A DNA stretch of 63,727 nt, counting the filler, from Aduncisulcus paluster (taxonomy: Eukaryota), in NCBI GenBank assembly GCA_024181965.1. It is 10 parts of 10 records of this genome, joined end to end, with 100 filler letters (N's around TTAATTAATTAA, not from the genome) between each part and the next. Parts side by side here need not be neighbours in the genome. Positions count along the whole stretch, not along the records: positions 46,206 to 61,205 come from BQXS01010149.1; positions 61,306 to 63,727 come from BQXS01010154.1; 8 more parts are not named here. One strand, given 5' to 3'. Within the stretch, counting starts at the first letter, position 1. Every line of letters begins with the position of its first letter. Positions 61,101 to 63,727 of this stretch are shown piece after piece. The translations under genes were made by a program, and so were the position numbers. The notes beneath the pieces were generated by a model. It did not search any database, was not told the DNA's origin, and worked only from the letters and a program-made list of their open reading frames with translations.

Positions 61101-61512
61101 ATCGAACTGGGAGTCTTGGGAGACAGAAGGGCCACCTACACGTTGGCGATTCTCTGCCTCCCTTTCAGTCAGTGTTGGCTGACCAGGATCCTACATTCCA
61201 AAGACNNNNNNNNNNNNNNNNNNNNNNNNNNNNNNNNNNNNNNNNNNNNTTAATTAATTAANNNNNNNNNNNNNNNNNNNNNNNNNNNNNNNNNNNNNNN
61301 NNNNNTTTTAAACTGTTAAAATTGAGTTTTATTGTGATTTCTTAAATTATATTTGTGATGATGTTGGATACCCCAATAAATATTGCCGTATCGATTCAAT
61401 ACATACAAGGTACTTTCTATATTTGCAATCGGCATTGGGGTATCCTTGCAATTTCGGACAAATAAAACTGAGTATGGGGTCAAATATGCCATCCAATGAC
61501 ATGACAAAAAAT

Positions 61513-61748
61513 GAATAAAAGTATTACCAAAGTATTACCATATAGATAATTTAATACCACTATTTTTAATGGTATTACTTATGGTATTACCATGGTATTA
61601 CTTTAAGGTATTACCACAATAATACCATTATTTTTAATGGTAATACCATGGTAATACATTAAGAAATACCACTATTTTTAGTGGTATTACCATAAAAAAT
61701 TTCTGGAATGGTATTACCATGGTAATACTTTTATTCGGAACGCTAGTG
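61513..61748. mobile_element. Non-autonomous CACTA-type element (MITE-like), about 240 bp, left TIR missing its outer 12 bp
   Basis: GAATAAAAGTATTACCA (61513-61529) is the perfect reverse complement of 61720-61736. The right end is ...TTCGGAACGCTAGTG (CACTAG on the minus strand). The interior is built of GGTA(A/T)TACC units. Confidence 0.85.
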
Positions 61749-61784
61749 ATATAATGGTATTAGAAACAAATTGAGATAATATTG

Positions 61785-63148
61785 TCAAACAAGATTAGCG
61801 TGAATCGTATCAAATATTAAAACAAAGAAATGTGAACATATTAAACCAATAAAATATAATGAACATACAGCTTTAGACCATTGTTCCTCAATGGATTCTC
61901 GAATACAACGTTCTTCAGGGGTTTCTTCTCGAAAGAATACGAGGGAGAGGATGTTAAAGCATCGACTATTCTTCTCTTTCCACCTTCCTTTCCCTTCAAT
62001 CTCACACGATACAACGTTATCCAGATCAATAGGAAGGAAATGCCATTCACATTTATGTTCAGGTCTTGTGAATTCATACTTCTTGGATGTCTTCTTACCA
62101 TCACAATCAGTGAAAGTGAAGAGAAGAGAAGGTGAACTATCAAACATGTCCACACAGATATAAGCACCTTTCATTGGACTAGGTGATGGGAAAGGGATGG
62201 AAAGATGGGATATCCGTACATCCCATTCCCCTTTTTACATTTCTTGTGCTCTTGAACTCTGATCATACTCCTCAGATTCCTTACTCTTCGAATCATCCTT
62301 GCACTTAATTATTGAGAATGAAGGATCAACAAGCTTTGGATCATCTCGTGAAATGGGAATAGAATCTCTAACTCCTTCCTGAACAAACTCTGGTTTCACG
62401 ACTGGAGCTTCAGACCATAGTTTGTTTAGAAAAGCTTCTTTGGCTTCACGAAATATAGTTTCTTCATATGTTTCTTCCCTTACAAATATGAGAGATTCGA
62501 TTTCAAAAGACTCTTCCTTTCTTCCTTCCCCTGTAATCTCACATAGAACAACATCAGAAAGATCAATAGGGAGAAAGAACCAGCTATCATTTTCTAATTC
62601 AGGAAATTCATATTTTTTAACCATTTTCTCCCCCTTTGAAGATGTAAGAGAGAAGATAAGGTGTGAGGGTGGACAGAAATATTTTCCTCCTCCAATACAA
62701 ATATAAGTGCCTTTAATGGGAGTAGATGTGGAGAAAGGAAGGGAGATATCTGTAAATTCTCCCCAATAAACCGCCTCTCCTTTCATCATCTTTTGTGCAT
62801 TAGAACTCTGATCATATTCTCTATCACCTTTTCTCTTGGTCCTATTCTTGGCTTCGATAACAGTTATTTCAGGACTCTTAACATTCGAGGAATCTCGAGG
62901 AATTGGAGAGCAAAAGTGATTTCCTTCATGAATAAACTCTGATTTAACTTCTTGAATCTAACAAATTAATTGAGATTTTGGTGGAAATGAAGCAATAATA
63001 AACACCCGAAACAGAAAATGGGTTATGAAAGCAATATGGGCATTATTTTTCAAATTAATTATATAAAACATCATAAAATGTATAAATTCAAAAACTTTCA
63101 GAAACATACAATATCTTGGCTACGTTCTGAGCTTGATTTTGGATCCAT
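61785..63148 (-). pseudogene. Paralogue of the 46494-47552 family; intron 62958-63109; in-frame TAA at 62235-62237; 3' end interrupted near the CACTA element
   Basis: Spliced start MDPKSSSERSQDI/IQEVKSEFIHEG. QEM*KGE stands where the paralogue has QEMLHGE. A second GTATGT donor at 61868 is followed by the MITE rather than a next exon. Confidence 0.75.
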
Positions 63149-63727
63149 GATGTTCTAAAATGTCTATGATGAGAACACGAACAATAATAAAACGATAATA
63201 TGATAATTTAAACAAAGAATGTCACCACAATCATCGAACATGAAGTGAGTTTCAAGGAGGAAATGACGACAAGAACAAAAAAGAACAGCCAGCGAGAGAA
63301 CCAGTGAATAAAACAGGGTGATTATGGATTGACAAGAAGTTAATATCTAACTAACGAAAAATTATGACATACAATATTTTCAATATTTTGTGGTGACCAT
63401 CTTGTTTTCGTGAATCTCTAACATATTATTATTTATTATTTTGTTTTATTAATATTATTTCTATTTTATTATTATTTATATTCTTAATTTATTATATTTA
63501 TTATGTTCCAACTTAGTCAATATTCTATTTTTAGATAATCTTGATTCTTCGTATAACTCAGTAAATTGTCTTCAAGCTTAGATTAAATTCCTTTCGGAAG
63601 CCTACTTGATACCACATTTTGATCAAAATTACTATTATCAGGTAATTTATTGTGTTAATTCCGAAACTTTGAAAATTGTAAACTTTCGATAAATGACGAA
63701 GGTTAAAACCGTGAAAACTGCTAATAA

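Noticed and set aside
62235-62237. In-frame TAA as evidence for the hexamitid TAA/TAG=Gln code or readthrough
   Set aside because: The paralogue has Leu here, so a TTA-to-TAA change suffices. Conserved genes (AC40, NAA15, cathepsin) end at TAA at the expected positions.

Overview
AT-rich eukaryotic DNA made of ten unrelated contigs joined by artificial 100-bp linkers (N44-TTAATTAATTAA-N44 at 2492, 4904, 11132, 14919, 17097, 20919, 43569, 46106 and 61206). Five internal 20-N gaps are each flanked by a 220-370 bp duplication caused by assembly. The genes are compact, use the standard code and have sparse GTATGT..AG introns. The Giardia-like NADP-GDH and a recurring 'EETPEE..EAREKLWSEAPVVKPEFV' family suggest a free-living fornicate (Carpediemonas-like organism, possibly Aduncisulcus); this assignment is inferred from recalled family signatures, not from a search. 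Recognisable genes: DNase II, Atg4, NADP-GDH (partial), a PSI-repeat protein, a C2 protein, a divergent Rictor/Avo3, a CTD-type (NIF) phosphatase, a CELF-like RRM protein, a CPLANE2/RSG1-like GTPase, NAA15, RPAC1/AC40, Tim17, cytosolic MDH, a FANCJ/RTEL1-like helicase and a CfaD/26-29 kDa-type cathepsin. Mobile DNA is diverse: the 3' end of a chromodomain Ty3/gypsy element with a 101-bp LTR inserted into a non-LTR RT, two further non-LTR 3' ends, CACTA-terminated elements with GGTA(A/T)TACC subterminal arrays, decayed CACTA-like transposases and a Harbinger-type transposase end. The least explained pattern is about 20 short perfect inverted repeats with a single, almost always C or G, spacer base. 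They are often chained and cluster at junctions between gene fragments, which may be scars of hairpin or snap-back DNA repair.
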